DNA from: a virus
Lineage: Duplodnaviria > Caudoviricetes
IMG/VR virus record: IMGVR_UViG_3300037243_000174
Location: 1-42,474 of that record
Strand: one strand, 5' to 3'
DNA: 42,474 nucleotides
The notes under the pieces were generated by a model. That model searched no databases. It had not been told where the DNA came from and saw only the letters and a list, made by a program, of their open reading frames with translations. Shown here piece by piece: positions 15,615 through 25,313 of this stretch (positions are counted from its first letter, which is position 1; the number at the start of each line of letters is the position of its first letter). The position numbers and the translations under genes were made by a program.

Positions 15615-17591
15615 CTACCGCCTGATACGTTCGATCGCCTGGATCGCCTGCGGGGCGACGGCCCCCATGAACAAGGCCCGGCGCTCCTGAGTCAGGACCC
15701 AGGACAGGCTGGGCCGGAACGAATCCGGGAACTGCTCCCGGTTGCTCTCGTCCAGGTCGGCCTCCTGGCTGGGGTGCAGGTCGTGCAGGGCGTCGGCCGC
15801 CACCTTGAGCTGCAGCACGATCGGCCCGAGGCCGGTGGCGTCGTGGGGGTCCGAGGTGACGATCAGGCCGTGCACCGGCAGGCCGAGGTCGGTGTGCGGG
15901 TAGCGCCGGTAGCTCGGGACGTGCTCGGTGTCAATTCCCTCGGCGCAGTACCGAGTGGCGTCCTCCGGCGAGCATCCGGTAAACACCTGCAGCACGGTGT
16001 CCGGCTGCAGGGTGGCAGCGGCGGGCCCGGCGGCCTTGACCAGCTGGTTGCCGACCGGCTTGAAGCCCAGCTCCTCAAGGCCTTCGTTCTCGAAGGTCTT
16101 GGCGGAGGCCACGACCGGCTTGTCGCTGCCGAGGCAGGCCAGCATCCGTGCTTCGACGCCGGTCCCTGGGGCGGTGACCTGCATGCTGAGGATCCGGCGG
16201 TCCCGGGGGTAGTCGGCGAACACCAGGGCACCCACGATGGCGCCAGCATCCCGGGCCACCACCAGGCGCCGGAAACTGCCCACACTTGAGGTCTTCAAAC
16301 CGGCGTTGATCGGCTGGAGAGAGGCAGAGGCAGGCTCCATTTTCTCCCAGTCCCCAGCCACATCCTCGTCGAAATACTCCACCATCTTGAGGGGACCGCC
16401 CAGGGCCATGTGGAGGGCGCCGCAGTTCATGAGGGCGGGGCCGGTCTCGGGGTTATGGTACCAGGGGCCGCGCTTCGACCAGGCAGAGACCACCACTTCC
16501 GGGCCCGGGTAGATGTGGACGGGGATTCCCTGAGATCCGATGAGGCCGAGGAGCTGGGGGTAGACCTGGGCCACCTGGTCGTGGATGGCGTCCAGTCCGG
16601 ACCAGGCGATGACCTTGTTCTGCTTGGGGTAGACCAGGGCCCGCGCACCCTCCCCACCGATCAGGGTCTGCAGCTCTCCCCGGGACGGGTTCACGTAGAC
16701 CGTCACCTCGTCGGGGGTGATGCCCCAGCCCTTGACCTCGATGGTGTCCCTGCTGGCGGTCTTGGCCTTCTCCCGGCAGCCCCAGCACACGCCCTCGGTC
16801 TCCGGCACGTTCCCGTCCGGGGGATAGGCGGCCCGGTGGGAGGACGTCATGCATTTGCAACGGGTGTGGCCCCCACAGGCGGTGCACCGCTCATTGGTGT
16901 GCTGCACGGATGCCACCTTCCCGCCACCGCCGTTCCCGCTCCAGCCCGGCCCCTTGATCGAGCGCACCCCGACCGGCCGCCCGGTGGAGTCGTAGACCAT
17001 CACGTAGAGGGGCCCGGCCAGGGGCTTGTTCTGCTGGCCGCGATACTTCTGGATGATGTTCTTCAGCGACGGGGTGGGCCGCTGCAGGATGCTGGTCTGG
17101 GGGCCGGTCTTGACGGCCTTGGGCTGGAACTGCGGGGTGCGGCGGACGATGGCGGCGTTGGCGGTCACCACCTTGGTGTGCGCCTGCTGCAGGAACCCCT
17201 CGGGCAGGTCGAACTCAGCTTCAAATAGCGTTTCTGTTTCCAGATCCCTGACCGTGTCCAGCACCCCGGAGCCGTTCTCGCTGTAGCGCTGCTCGGTGTA
17301 GCGGTGGTCCAGCGCCGAGACCGCGCCCTTGATGTTCTGGGTCAGCGCGTCCAGGATCTCAGTGTCGACCCCCTGCGCCTCCAGGTAGCCCTGCACCAGT
17401 CCGGTCAGGCTCTCGATCAGGTCGACGAACAGCAGCTCCAGCGGACCCTCGCCATCCAGCGGGGCCTGGATCACGAACGGCGCCAGATTGGGCATGGCCA
17501 GATCGATCCCCATGTGGATCCCGTTGGGGCCGACCATCAGGGTCAGCTCACCCTTCTTGGCTCCAACGAAGGCTAGCTTGTCCTGGGGCAT
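15615..17591 (-). CDS. Polyvalent protein D (~658 aa): unknown N-terminus, zinc ribbon, unknown domain, GNAT-like domain, degenerate ART-like C-terminus
   Basis: Start moved to ATG 17591 (AGGAGA SD). CTAC..CKC..CWGC; LVVARDAGAIVGALVF..GTGVEARML..LGFK; VFTGCSPEDA..GLIVT..IVLQLKV; K-x-A/S linkers KVAS, KTAS, KTSS, KAAG. Confidence 0.85.
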   Translation of the reverse strand: MPQDKLAFVGAKKGELTLMVGPNGIHMGIDLAMPNLAPFVIQAPLDGEGPLELLFVDLIESLTGLVQGYLEAQGVDTEILDALTQNIKGAVSALDHRYTEQRYSENGSGVLDTVRDLETETLFEAEFDLPEGFLQQAHTKVVTANAAIVRRTPQFQPKAVKTGPQTSILQRPTPSLKNIIQKYRGQQNKPLAGPLYVMVYDSTGRPVGVRSIKGPGWSGNGGGGKVASVQHTNERCTACGGHTRCKCMTSSHRAAYPPDGNVPETEGVCWGCREKAKTASRDTIEVKGWGITPDEVTVYVNPSRGELQTLIGGEGARALVYPKQNKVIAWSGLDAIHDQVAQVYPQLLGLIGSQGIPVHIYPGPEVVVSAWSKRGPWYHNPETGPALMNCGALHMALGGPLKMVEYFDEDVAGDWEKMEPASASLQPINAGLKTSSVGSFRRLVVARDAGAIVGALVFADYPRDRRILSMQVTAPGTGVEARMLACLGSDKPVVASAKTFENEGLEELGFKPVGNQLVKAAGPAAATLQPDTVLQVFTGCSPEDATRYCAEGIDTEHVPSYRRYPHTDLGLPVHGLIVTSDPHDATGLGPIVLQLKVAADALHDLHPSQEADLDESNREQFPDSFRPSLSWVLTQERRALFMGAVAPQAIQAIERIRR

Positions 17592-17601
17592 GGGGATTCT
17601 C

Positions 17602-20600
17602 CTAGTGGCACTCGGCGACCCAGGTGGAGTTGCCGGAGAAGGCACTGGCCAGGGTCGCATTCAGGGTGGTGCCGTTGAACAGGCTGGCCAGGGTGATGCT
17701 GCCATTGTACACCGCCAGTGCATTGGCGAAGCAGGTCTGCCAGGAGGGGTCCATGTTCGAGACCGCGCCGTAGGCACCCCAGGGATCGATGCCCTCGACG
17801 TAGGCGGCTGGGAGGTAGCCCGCCGGGCACTGCTGCAGGCAGTAGAGCAGGTTCCGGGTGAAGAAGTTCTGCCGGTCGGTGGCGTTGGCCAGGTAGTAGG
17901 CGCCAGGGTAGATGCTGCCGTAGCTGGCGGTGAAGAACGGGTTGGGGAAGATCATCGGCACCGGCACCCAGGCGGTGGCCGACTTGGTGATCAGCGCGGT
18001 CTGGCTGGGGAAGAAGATCGACACCCAGTTCTGGGACGCGGTCATTTCCCGCTGCAGCGATTCCAGCCCGGCGAAGCCGTAGTAGCTGTGCTCCATGTAG
18101 TCGACGATGTGGCCGGTCGAGGGGCAGGCGCTGAGCAGGCCCAGGAACAGGTAGGGCAGCATGTTGTACTCGTTGTTGCCGGAGTACTGGGAGTCCGTGA
18201 AGCTGCTCGGAATGCCACTGATTCCAGGGCCGGTGTAGCCCAGCACCATGGTCGGCCCGAAGAAGCAGTGCAGGGTCGCGTTCGGCATCCGGCTCCAGAG
18301 GCTGTTGCCATAGGCCTGCCCGAACGCCTGGACCTGGGCGCACATGGCGGCCCGGGAGATCGCCGGACTGTTCAGAATGGGGTTCTTGTAGCTGGTGGCA
18401 CTGAAATTGTTGAGCAGGTAGTTGGTGGAGTAGTTCTCCGGGTCGAACAGGAAGCTGCTGGTCCCGGCCGCTTCGGCGACCTGGACGAAGCCCGCGATCG
18501 CCGCGTCCATGTCAGGCACGGCGGTGGTGCTCTGAATGTTCCAGGTCGCGCTCGGGTCGGTGACGATCCGGATCAGCACCAGGTCCAGGGCACTGGCGAA
18601 ACCGGTGACGTTGGCAATGTCGGAACTCCAGGTGCTCAGCGACAGGTCGGTGGTCTGGCAGATGTTCTCGGTGCCCAGGGAGAACCGGGTCCCGGCCATG
18701 GTCGGGTTGGCAGCGATGGCGGCAGCGGTCTTGCTGCTGGCGTATTGAGCGCTGCCCGGGCCCAGCTGCAGCAGCCAGGTGACCCCGGTCAGCGCCGAGC
18801 CGCCGGAGGGCGCCGTATAGGTGCCTGAGCCGAACGCAGCCAGGGCCAGGGTCCCGCTGGAGCCCCCGGTGGGCGTTCCGGTGACCGTGACCGGCAGGCC
18901 CTTGAACACCGCCAGGATGCTGACCTCCTTGCTGACGACGGTACCCGTGACCGCTTCCTGTGCGGTCCCGGCCGGAAGCCCGACCCGGTAGGCCATGCCG
19001 TTGCCGTCGGACTGGGTGCCCAGGCTGAACCCGGTCCCGGTCTCGCTCAGCACCGGGGCGGCCCCGGCGCAGCCCCACACGCTGACCGCCAGGTTGTTGG
19101 CCTCGGAGACGGTGGCGACCCCCGAGGTGTGGCTGGTGGTGGTGCTGGCGTCGGAGGAGGTTGCGAAGGAGTCGACCGGTGCCGCCGGGAATGGGCCGTG
19201 AGCCACTTCCAGGGCGATTCCGGGCCCGGTGCCGGTCGTGGCGGTAGCGGTAGCGGTGAAGCTGCCGGTGGTCGAGCTGTTGGCGATCGCCCAGAACAGG
19301 GCCACCGAGGCGCTGCCGTTGCTCTGCACGGGGCCGACCTGGGTGTAGACGTTGCCGAAGGTGTCGGTCACGGCCGGACCCACCAGGGTGAAGTAGAGCA
19401 GGCCGACCACGATCAGGTCTCCGGGCAGGGCGGAGCCCGTCACGGAAGCGGTCGACAGGGAGGCGTAGCTCCCGGAATACTGGATGGTCCGGCTGCCCTG
19501 AGCGGATCCGGCCAGGGCCCCCAGGGTGCCACCGGAATGGCCGGTGTTGGCCTGACTGCCGAGGACGGTGCCGGTGAGCCCGCTCAGCACCCCGACGCTG
19601 CTTCCGGTGGTGGTGATCAAGCCGATGGCTCCGACCGAGATCGGGGCGAGGGTCCCGGTCGAGCTGCCCCGGACCCCGCGCTTCCCGACGCTGGCCCCGG
19701 TGAGGGCCAGGGACCCGGCACTGGTGCCTGGGATGATCGTGAGGGTCGCCTTGAACGCCACCAGGATATTGGTCATGACGCAGGGGATGTTGGTGGTGTA
19801 GGTGTCAGCTACCGGGCTGATGCTGCTGAGGGTCTTATGGCTGAAGCCGTTGCCGTAGTAGTCGCTGTCGGTAGTGAACGACGCGGTGTCGGTAGTCGTG
19901 GCGCTGGTGGCCCACTGGCCGCAGAAGCTGAAGGCCATGTCCCCGGCCTGGGTGGGGGTCAGGGTGGCGGAGCTGTGGCTGGAGCTGGCGGTCGTTTCAT
20001 CGGTGAAGACGATGCTGTCCATGGCCCCGGCACCGGACGCCACCTCGACGAACACCGCTGGAGAGCTGGAGGTCCGGTTGGCTACCGTCAGGCTGAGGGT
20101 GGCGGTTGCGTTGGCATAGGCCCAGAACAGGGTCGTGGAGAAACCGGTCGCCGCGTTGTACATCCCGCTGTTGGCGGAGGTGTAGACGTTGCTACCGGCC
20201 GGGGAGTTGTCGGTGACGGCCAGATTGGTGAACTCGGCATCGACGTAGCCGACCACGATCAGGTCCCCGACGTTAACCGCCAGCCCGGCCACGGTCAGCC
20301 CGGTGGTATTGGAGGCGGCCTGCTTGAACTGCACGATTGAATTGACCTGTCCCACCGTGCTCCCACCCAGGGCCAGGACGCCCGTGCCGCCGGTGGCGAT
20401 CGCCCCGACGTTGGCCACGCTCGCACCCGCCACCGGTTGCGGCACACTGGCGGCCGAATTGCCAGCCGGGAAGCAGGTTGCGGCCACACTGCCGATCGGC
20501 GCGGTCAGGGACCCGGCGGAGGGTCCGGAACCGATCAGGTAGCTGCCGGTGGCGGCACCGGTCGGCGTCAGGAGCGCCCCGGCCGAACCGCCGTAGGTGA

Positions 20601-23600
20601 AGCGGAAGATGACTTCGATGTCCCCCGTGGCGGGGATCAGGACTCCGGACGACCCACCCGAGGCCGCCACCAGCCCCTCGATATCCCCGGTCAGCCCCAG
20701 GCTTGCCGTGCTGGCCGCCAGACCCGGAACGAGCATCGTCCAGGCATCGGTCTTGATCTCCCAGGGACGCCGACGCTGCGGGGCCAGGACCCCGAACTGA
20801 CTGGCATCAGCCGCCACTACCGACAGGGTGACTGGCTGGCCGACGTAGACCGAGCGGCTCATCGGCTGCTGGGTCACCACCAGATTGCTGGTGAGGTCGG
20901 TCACCGGGTAGTGCAGGCAGGCTATGGCCCCCAGGAGGATGGGGGTCACGGACTGGGAGGACCCGGACACCCCTGATACCGCCTGCGCCTGTCCGGTGAC
21001 GGCCAGCACTCCGTTGGGGGAGTACGCGACGAAGGGCACCACGAAGGCCTGGCCACTGAGGGGTAGGGAGGCCGAGCTGCTACCGGCAAAATTGATCACG
21101 TTGCCCGCAGCGTTCCCGATGACGGGACCCAGCAGCCCCGGGGCCAAGCTCCCGGCCGGATTGACGTTCAAGGCTGCGGCACCGGCCAGGACCAGCGGCC
21201 CGGAGCTGAAGGCCTGCCCGACCCGGAAGGCGACGATTTGACCGGTGAGGGGGAGTGATGCGCCATGGGAACTACCCGCCTCCCCCTGTTTCCCGATCAT
21301 GGCCCCGGCGAGGGCTAGGCTGGCCGCTGAACTTCCGGACACGCCATGGACCGCTGCGGCGGTTCCGGCGAGGGTCAGCACCCCGGCCGAGCTACCCCCG
21401 TTGCCGGAGGCTGCCAGCCCACTCCCGGTCAGGGGTAGCGCCGGTTCGGCCGAGAAGCTCCCAGCCACGCCCTGGGCACCCTGGCTTAGACCACCCAGAG
21501 GGAGCGTCCCGGCCGCCGTTCCGATCGGGTAGGCCAAGGCGCTGACACCCCCTTGGATCCCTAGGGGGGCGGCGCTCGCGGCCAGGACCAGCGGAGGTCC
21601 ACCCAGGGCCAGGGTGATGTTGGACATGGTGCAGCTGAAGCTGGACGTCATCGCCTCGGCGACGGTCAATCCGGACCCGATGGTGGACAGGGTGTCGAAC
21701 CCGTTGCTGTAGTAGTCCTGCTGCTTGACCCAGCCCCCGGACGGGGTACGGGTGGCGGTGGTGGCCCACTGCATCCAGAACGACAGCACCAGATCGGCGT
21801 AGGCGGAGTTGGTGTGGCTGCCGGTGGTGTGGGCGGACTGGTTGGTGACCTCGTTCATCGTCACCGAGCTGCCGTCCAGGGTGCCCCCGGTGCAGACCAG
21901 AACGAAGATGGCTGGGCTGGCCGACAGACTGGGGGTGACCGTGATCGTCGCCGTACCGGCACTGGCGGCCCGGGCGGTGAATACCTGGCCGCCGAAACCG
22001 CCGACCGTATTCATGGCAGATCCGGCCTGGGTGTAGGCGTTGCCCAGGGAGTCGGTGCAGCTGGCGGTGAACGCGCTGCTGCCATTGACGAACCCTACGA
22101 CGATGAAGTCCCCGAGCAGGAGGGGAATGGAGGCGAGGCTGTTTCCGGTATCGTTCTGGTAGCTGGCCTTGACCACCGGGGGGTTGGCCAGGGTGACGAT
22201 GCCCTGGACCGCCCCCGCGAGAGCTAGCGAACCCCCGGAGGACCCGGCCGGGGTAACGACTCCCGCGCTGACTGATATCGGGGCCAGTACCCCGTAGGGG
22301 GGGGTTTTTATGGCGCTGCCCCCGGCGATGGTGCCGGGGAAGCCCAGGAAGATGGCGGCGGGGTTGCATAGCTGCGTGAGGGTTACGGTCCCGGCGACCG
22401 CCGAGCCGTTAAGGGAGTATTGGGTGTCAAAGCCGCAGGCATTGACGTTCTGCCACTGGGTCCACCCCGGAGGGGCCGTGCGGGAGTTGCTGGCCGTGTA
22501 CTGGCTGAACAGGCTTACCGCCAGGACGGGGCCTGGGGGGCAGGCGGCCAGCCCGATGGCCAAGAAGTTCCTACTCGGCGTGGCGATAGCCCAGTTAAGC
22601 CCCTCAGTCGTGGCGACCGCGCCCACGATGTCCAGCACAAAGAGGTTGGTGGTGGTCCCCGAGACCGAAGGGGTGACCGTGATGGTCAAGGTGGCGGTGG
22701 TCAGGGCCCGGGCGTATAGGACAGCGGCCCCGCCGTCCTCATTATACTCCTCTTTATAGGCCAGTGCATAGGTGTTCCCGGCCGTATCGGTGGCGGTGAT
22801 GGACGCCAGGGCGGAGGTCACATTGCTGGCCCAGCCCAGGACGATCAAATCGCCCGCCTGCACCGCCACGCCGGACACGGAGGTGGTGGTGCTCTGGTAG
22901 CTGCTGCGCACATAGACCAGACAGGTGCCGATCGGACCCAGGACCCCGGAGGAGGTGCCGGTGACCCGGGGGGCGCCAACCGCAGACCCCTGGAGGCCCA
23001 CAACTCCGGCCGAGCTGGCAGAGTTCAGCCCGGCGCCGGGGAAGGCCAGGATGATGGAGGACATCTGGCAGGCCGTGGCCGTGGTGACCGTCTCGGAGAT
23101 CGCGCCGCTGGTGGTCGTGGCGTAGTTGTCGAAACCGCTCCCATTGGCCTGCAGGAGGGCCGTGAAGCCGGAGCCCGGGGTATGGGCCTGACCGGAGCCC
23201 ACGTCACCCCACAGCACCAGGACCAGATCGCCGTTGGACCCGAGCGTGACCGTGCCCGAGGTGTGGGACGTGCTGGGGGTAGCGTCCACCATCCCCTGCA
23301 TCGGGCTATCCGGGATGCCCAGGGCCCCGTAGACCACGGCGACCGAGAGGCTACCCCCACCGATACCCGCCGCCGAGTAGGCATTGGGCTGAACCGTGAC
23401 GGTCAGGCTGGGGTTGGTCACGGTGGCCAGGGCGTAGAGCACCGCCATGCCAGAACCACCGCCCGGGACCAGTGCCAGGGGGCCCACGGTGTAGACGTTG
23501 CCGCTGCTGTCACTGCAGGTGGGGGCAAAGGCGGAGCTGGTTCCGTTGACGTAGCCGACCACGATCAGGTCGCCCGCCACCACCGAGATTCCGGACTTAA

Positions 23601-23736
23601 CCGTCGCAGGGGAGGCCTGATAGAAGGACCGGAGGGTGGGCCCGACGGGGCCGCCGAGGCCGTAGTTCATGGAGCTGCCCAGGGCCTGGCCATCCAGGGG
23701 CTGGGAACCCAAATCTCCGACCCCGGTGAACGTCAC
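17602..23736 (-). CDS. Large tail fibre/spike-like protein (~2044 aa) with repeated beta-sandwich modules, G/A/S-rich shaft and C-terminal glycoside-hydrolase-like domain
   Basis: AGGAGG 5 nt before GTG 23736 (track starts 23742). About five GD(L/F)IV(V/L)G modules; G/S/A repeats; Ig-like VTQQPMSRSVYVGQPVTLSVVA; C-terminal FLFDPENY..IVDYMEHSY. Confidence 0.85.
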   Translation of the reverse strand: MTFTGVGDLGSQPLDGQALGSSMNYGLGGPVGPTLRSFYQASPATVKSGISVVAGDLIVVGYVNGTSSAFAPTCSDSSGNVYTVGPLALVPGGGSGMAVLYALATVTNPSLTVTVQPNAYSAAGIGGGSLSVAVVYGALGIPDSPMQGMVDATPSTSHTSGTVTLGSNGDLVLVLWGDVGSGQAHTPGSGFTALLQANGSGFDNYATTTSGAISETVTTATACQMSSIILAFPGAGLNSASSAGVVGLQGSAVGAPRVTGTSSGVLGPIGTCLVYVRSSYQSTTTSVSGVAVQAGDLIVLGWASNVTSALASITATDTAGNTYALAYKEEYNEDGGAAVLYARALTTATLTITVTPSVSGTTTNLFVLDIVGAVATTEGLNWAIATPSRNFLAIGLAACPPGPVLAVSLFSQYTASNSRTAPPGWTQWQNVNACGFDTQYSLNGSAVAGTVTLTQLCNPAAIFLGFPGTIAGGSAIKTPPYGVLAPISVSAGVVTPAGSSGGSLALAGAVQGIVTLANPPVVKASYQNDTGNSLASIPLLLGDFIVVGFVNGSSAFTASCTDSLGNAYTQAGSAMNTVGGFGGQVFTARAASAGTATITVTPSLSASPAIFVLVCTGGTLDGSSVTMNEVTNQSAHTTGSHTNSAYADLVLSFWMQWATTATRTPSGGWVKQQDYYSNGFDTLSTIGSGLTVAEAMTSSFSCTMSNITLALGGPPLVLAASAAPLGIQGGVSALAYPIGTAAGTLPLGGLSQGAQGVAGSFSAEPALPLTGSGLAASGNGGSSAGVLTLAGTAAAVHGVSGSSAASLALAGAMIGKQGEAGSSHGASLPLTGQIVAFRVGQAFSSGPLVLAGAAALNVNPAGSLAPGLLGPVIGNAAGNVINFAGSSSASLPLSGQAFVVPFVAYSPNGVLAVTGQAQAVSGVSGSSQSVTPILLGAIACLHYPVTDLTSNLVVTQQPMSRSVYVGQPVTLSVVAADASQFGVLAPQRRRPWEIKTDAWTMLVPGLAASTASLGLTGDIEGLVAASGGSSGVLIPATGDIEVIFRFTYGGSAGALLTPTGAATGSYLIGSGPSAGSLTAPIGSVAATCFPAGNSAASVPQPVAGASVANVGAIATGGTGVLALGGSTVGQVNSIVQFKQAASNTTGLTVAGLAVNVGDLIVVGYVDAEFTNLAVTDNSPAGSNVYTSANSGMYNAATGFSTTLFWAYANATATLSLTVANRTSSSPAVFVEVASGAGAMDSIVFTDETTASSSHSSATLTPTQAGDMAFSFCGQWATSATTTDTASFTTDSDYYGNGFSHKTLSSISPVADTYTTNIPCVMTNILVAFKATLTIIPGTSAGSLALTGASVGKRGVRGSSTGTLAPISVGAIGLITTTGSSVGVLSGLTGTVLGSQANTGHSGGTLGALAGSAQGSRTIQYSGSYASLSTASVTGSALPGDLIVVGLLYFTLVGPAVTDTFGNVYTQVGPVQSNGSASVALFWAIANSSTTGSFTATATATTGTGPGIALEVAHGPFPAAPVDSFATSSDASTTTSHTSGVATVSEANNLAVSVWGCAGAAPVLSETGTGFSLGTQSDGNGMAYRVGLPAGTAQEAVTGTVVSKEVSILAVFKGLPVTVTGTPTGGSSGTLALAAFGSGTYTAPSGGSALTGVTWLLQLGPGSAQYASSKTAAAIAANPTMAGTRFSLGTENICQTTDLSLSTWSSDIANVTGFASALDLVLIRIVTDPSATWNIQSTTAVPDMDAAIAGFVQVAEAAGTSSFLFDPENYSTNYLLNNFSATSYKNPILNSPAISRAAMCAQVQAFGQAYGNSLWSRMPNATLHCFFGPTMVLGYTGPGISGIPSSFTDSQYSGNNEYNMLPYLFLGLLSACPSTGHIVDYMEHSYYGFAGLESLQREMTASQNWVSIFFPSQTALITKSATAWVPVPMIFPNPFFTASYGSIYPGAYYLANATDRQNFFTRNLLYCLQQCPAGYLPAAYVEGIDPWGAYGAVSNMDPSWQTCFANALAVYNGSITLASLFNGTTLNATLASAFSGNSTWVAECH

Positions 23737-23804
23737 TGGCACCTCCTATTTGGGTGGAGGTAGGCATCCAGTCGACCTGGACCACAATCGCCCCACCGGG
23801 AACG

Positions 23805-24333
23805 CTACCAGCCAATCGCGGGCAGCTGAGCCAGGATCCCGGCCACCGTGGGGGAGGGGGCACTGCCTGCGTCCACTTGGGCCAGCAGGGCGTAGCAGAA
23901 GGTCCACACCGCGTCGCGCCAGACGACCCCCCGCCTGCCCCTCCTTCTGGAAGGTAGGGTTACTGGAGGTGGCGTAGGTGCAGAGGCTCAGCAGACTGTC
24001 GTAGTTGCGGGATTGGGCGGTCTGGTCCATGAAGGCCTGGACCGCCGCGACCACCTGCTGCTGGGCTTGGACGGCGGCCTGGGCGATCTGGTCCGCCGTC
24101 ATCGCCGTCACCGCGTAGGTCACGGTCCAAACCCCATCAATCGGGGCCTGGGTTCCGGTGTCGGCCACGAGTTGGTTGGCCGTGGGAGTGGGCGGTGGGG
24201 GGTAGGTCAGGGTGGCGTACCCGAACGGAGCGAGGGCAGAGTCAGTCAGGGGGGTCGGAAAGGACACGTCCGGGAACAAGGGGAGGAAGTCGTGATCCCA
24301 GACGCGTTCCTGAGTTGTGAGGTTGATCAGCAT
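23805..24333 (-). CDS. Tail fibre assembly/chaperone-like protein (~175 aa when corrected), interrupted by a +1 frameshift in a G6 run at 23927-23932
   Basis: AGGAG SD. VQAFMDQTAQSRNYDSLLSLCTYATSSNPTFQKEGQAG continues in another frame as VVWRDAVWTFCYALLAQVDAG..LPAIGW-stop (TAG 23805-23807), the expected family C-terminus. As assembled the ORF runs 23746-24333 with a non-protein-like tail. Confidence 0.8.
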
Positions 24334-24341
24334 GGTGGCTC

Positions 24342-25313
24342 CTAGTGGCTTGAGGTGGCAGCAACGGCGCCGCCCCCTACCGCGACCAGTTGGGTTCCGG
24401 TCCAGCAGACGGAGTACGCTTGGCCTGTGAATATCGGCGTGAATCCCGCGTGACCGGTCCAGGTGATCCCGTCAGGGCTGGTGGCACAGGCACCCCCGAC
24501 TGCCACGAATTGAACCCCATCCCAACAGATGGAGTACGGGTCGTATCCGGCCCCGAAGGCGGTGGCGAATCCCGCACGGGCAGTCCAGGTGATTCCGTCG
24601 GGGCTGGTGGCGCACCCGCAGGGCTCATCACCCCCTACCGCAACAAACTCAGAGTTACCCCAGCAGATGCCGCAGCCGCCGCCGTTCTCGGTGAAATTGG
24701 TCGCAAACGAGGGTCGAGCGGTCCAGGTAACGCCGTCGGGGCTGGTGACGCAGACATCGGGCCCCTGCTGCGAGACCGCGACTAAAATCGAGCCGTTCCA
24801 GCAAATGGCGTCCACGTTACTGGACCCGTGCGCCGTGGTGAATCCCGCCTGGGCGGTCCAGGTGACCCCATCAGGGCTGGTGGCACACTTGCCCGACTGC
24901 CCTACCGCGACCAGTTGGGTTCCGGTCCAGCAGACGGAGTTCGCTTGGCCCGAGAACACCGTCGTGAATCCCGCCTGAGCGGTCCAGGTGATCCCGTCGG
25001 GGCTGGTGGCGCAGGCACCCTGGAACAGGGCATTAACCCCCACTGCGACGAATTGGGAGCCGCTCCAACAGACGGAGCGCGCCCACCCCCCGCCACTAAA
25101 CGCGGTCGGGAGCGTCCGGGAGGTCCAGGTAACGCCGTCGGGGCTGGTGGCGAAGGCATACCCCGCCGCGACGAAAATCGAGCCGTTCCAGCAGACACTG
25201 TAGATGGTGGGGGTACCCACCGCCGTTGCCAGTCCCGGCTGGCTCACCCAGGTGGTTCCGGCCGGGGTAGGGCCCGCCCCAGCTGCCGCCAGGAGTATAT
25301 CCAGGACGTTCAT
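24342..25313 (-). CDS. Beta-propeller tail adhesin/receptor-binding protein with Asp-box-like repeats (323 aa)
   Basis: About seven (V/I)CW..VAV blades, six carrying TSPDG(I/V)TWT; starts directly after the upstream stop (TAGATG). Confidence 0.85.
   Translation of the reverse strand: MNVLDILLAAAGAGPTPAGTTWVSQPGLATAVGTPTIYSVCWNGSIFVAAGYAFATSPDGVTWTSRTLPTAFSGGGWARSVCWSGSQFVAVGVNALFQGACATSPDGITWTAQAGFTTVFSGQANSVCWTGTQLVAVGQSGKCATSPDGVTWTAQAGFTTAHGSSNVDAICWNGSILVAVSQQGPDVCVTSPDGVTWTARPSFATNFTENGGGCGICWGNSEFVAVGGDEPCGCATSPDGITWTARAGFATAFGAGYDPYSICWDGVQFVAVGGACATSPDGITWTGHAGFTPIFTGQAYSVCWTGTQLVAVGGGAVAATSSH
24375..24940. repeat. Intragenic blade repeat: exact 41-nt copies at 24375-24415 and 24900-24940 within a ~120-nt near-identical duplication
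   Basis: ccctaccgcgaccagttgggttccggtccagcagacggagt occurs twice. Confidence 0.9.

Noticed and set aside
24375-25020. Diversity-generating retroelement TR/VR pair in the adhesin
   Set aside because: Mismatches between copies are not adenine-specific, both copies are in-frame blades, and no reverse transcriptase is in the window.
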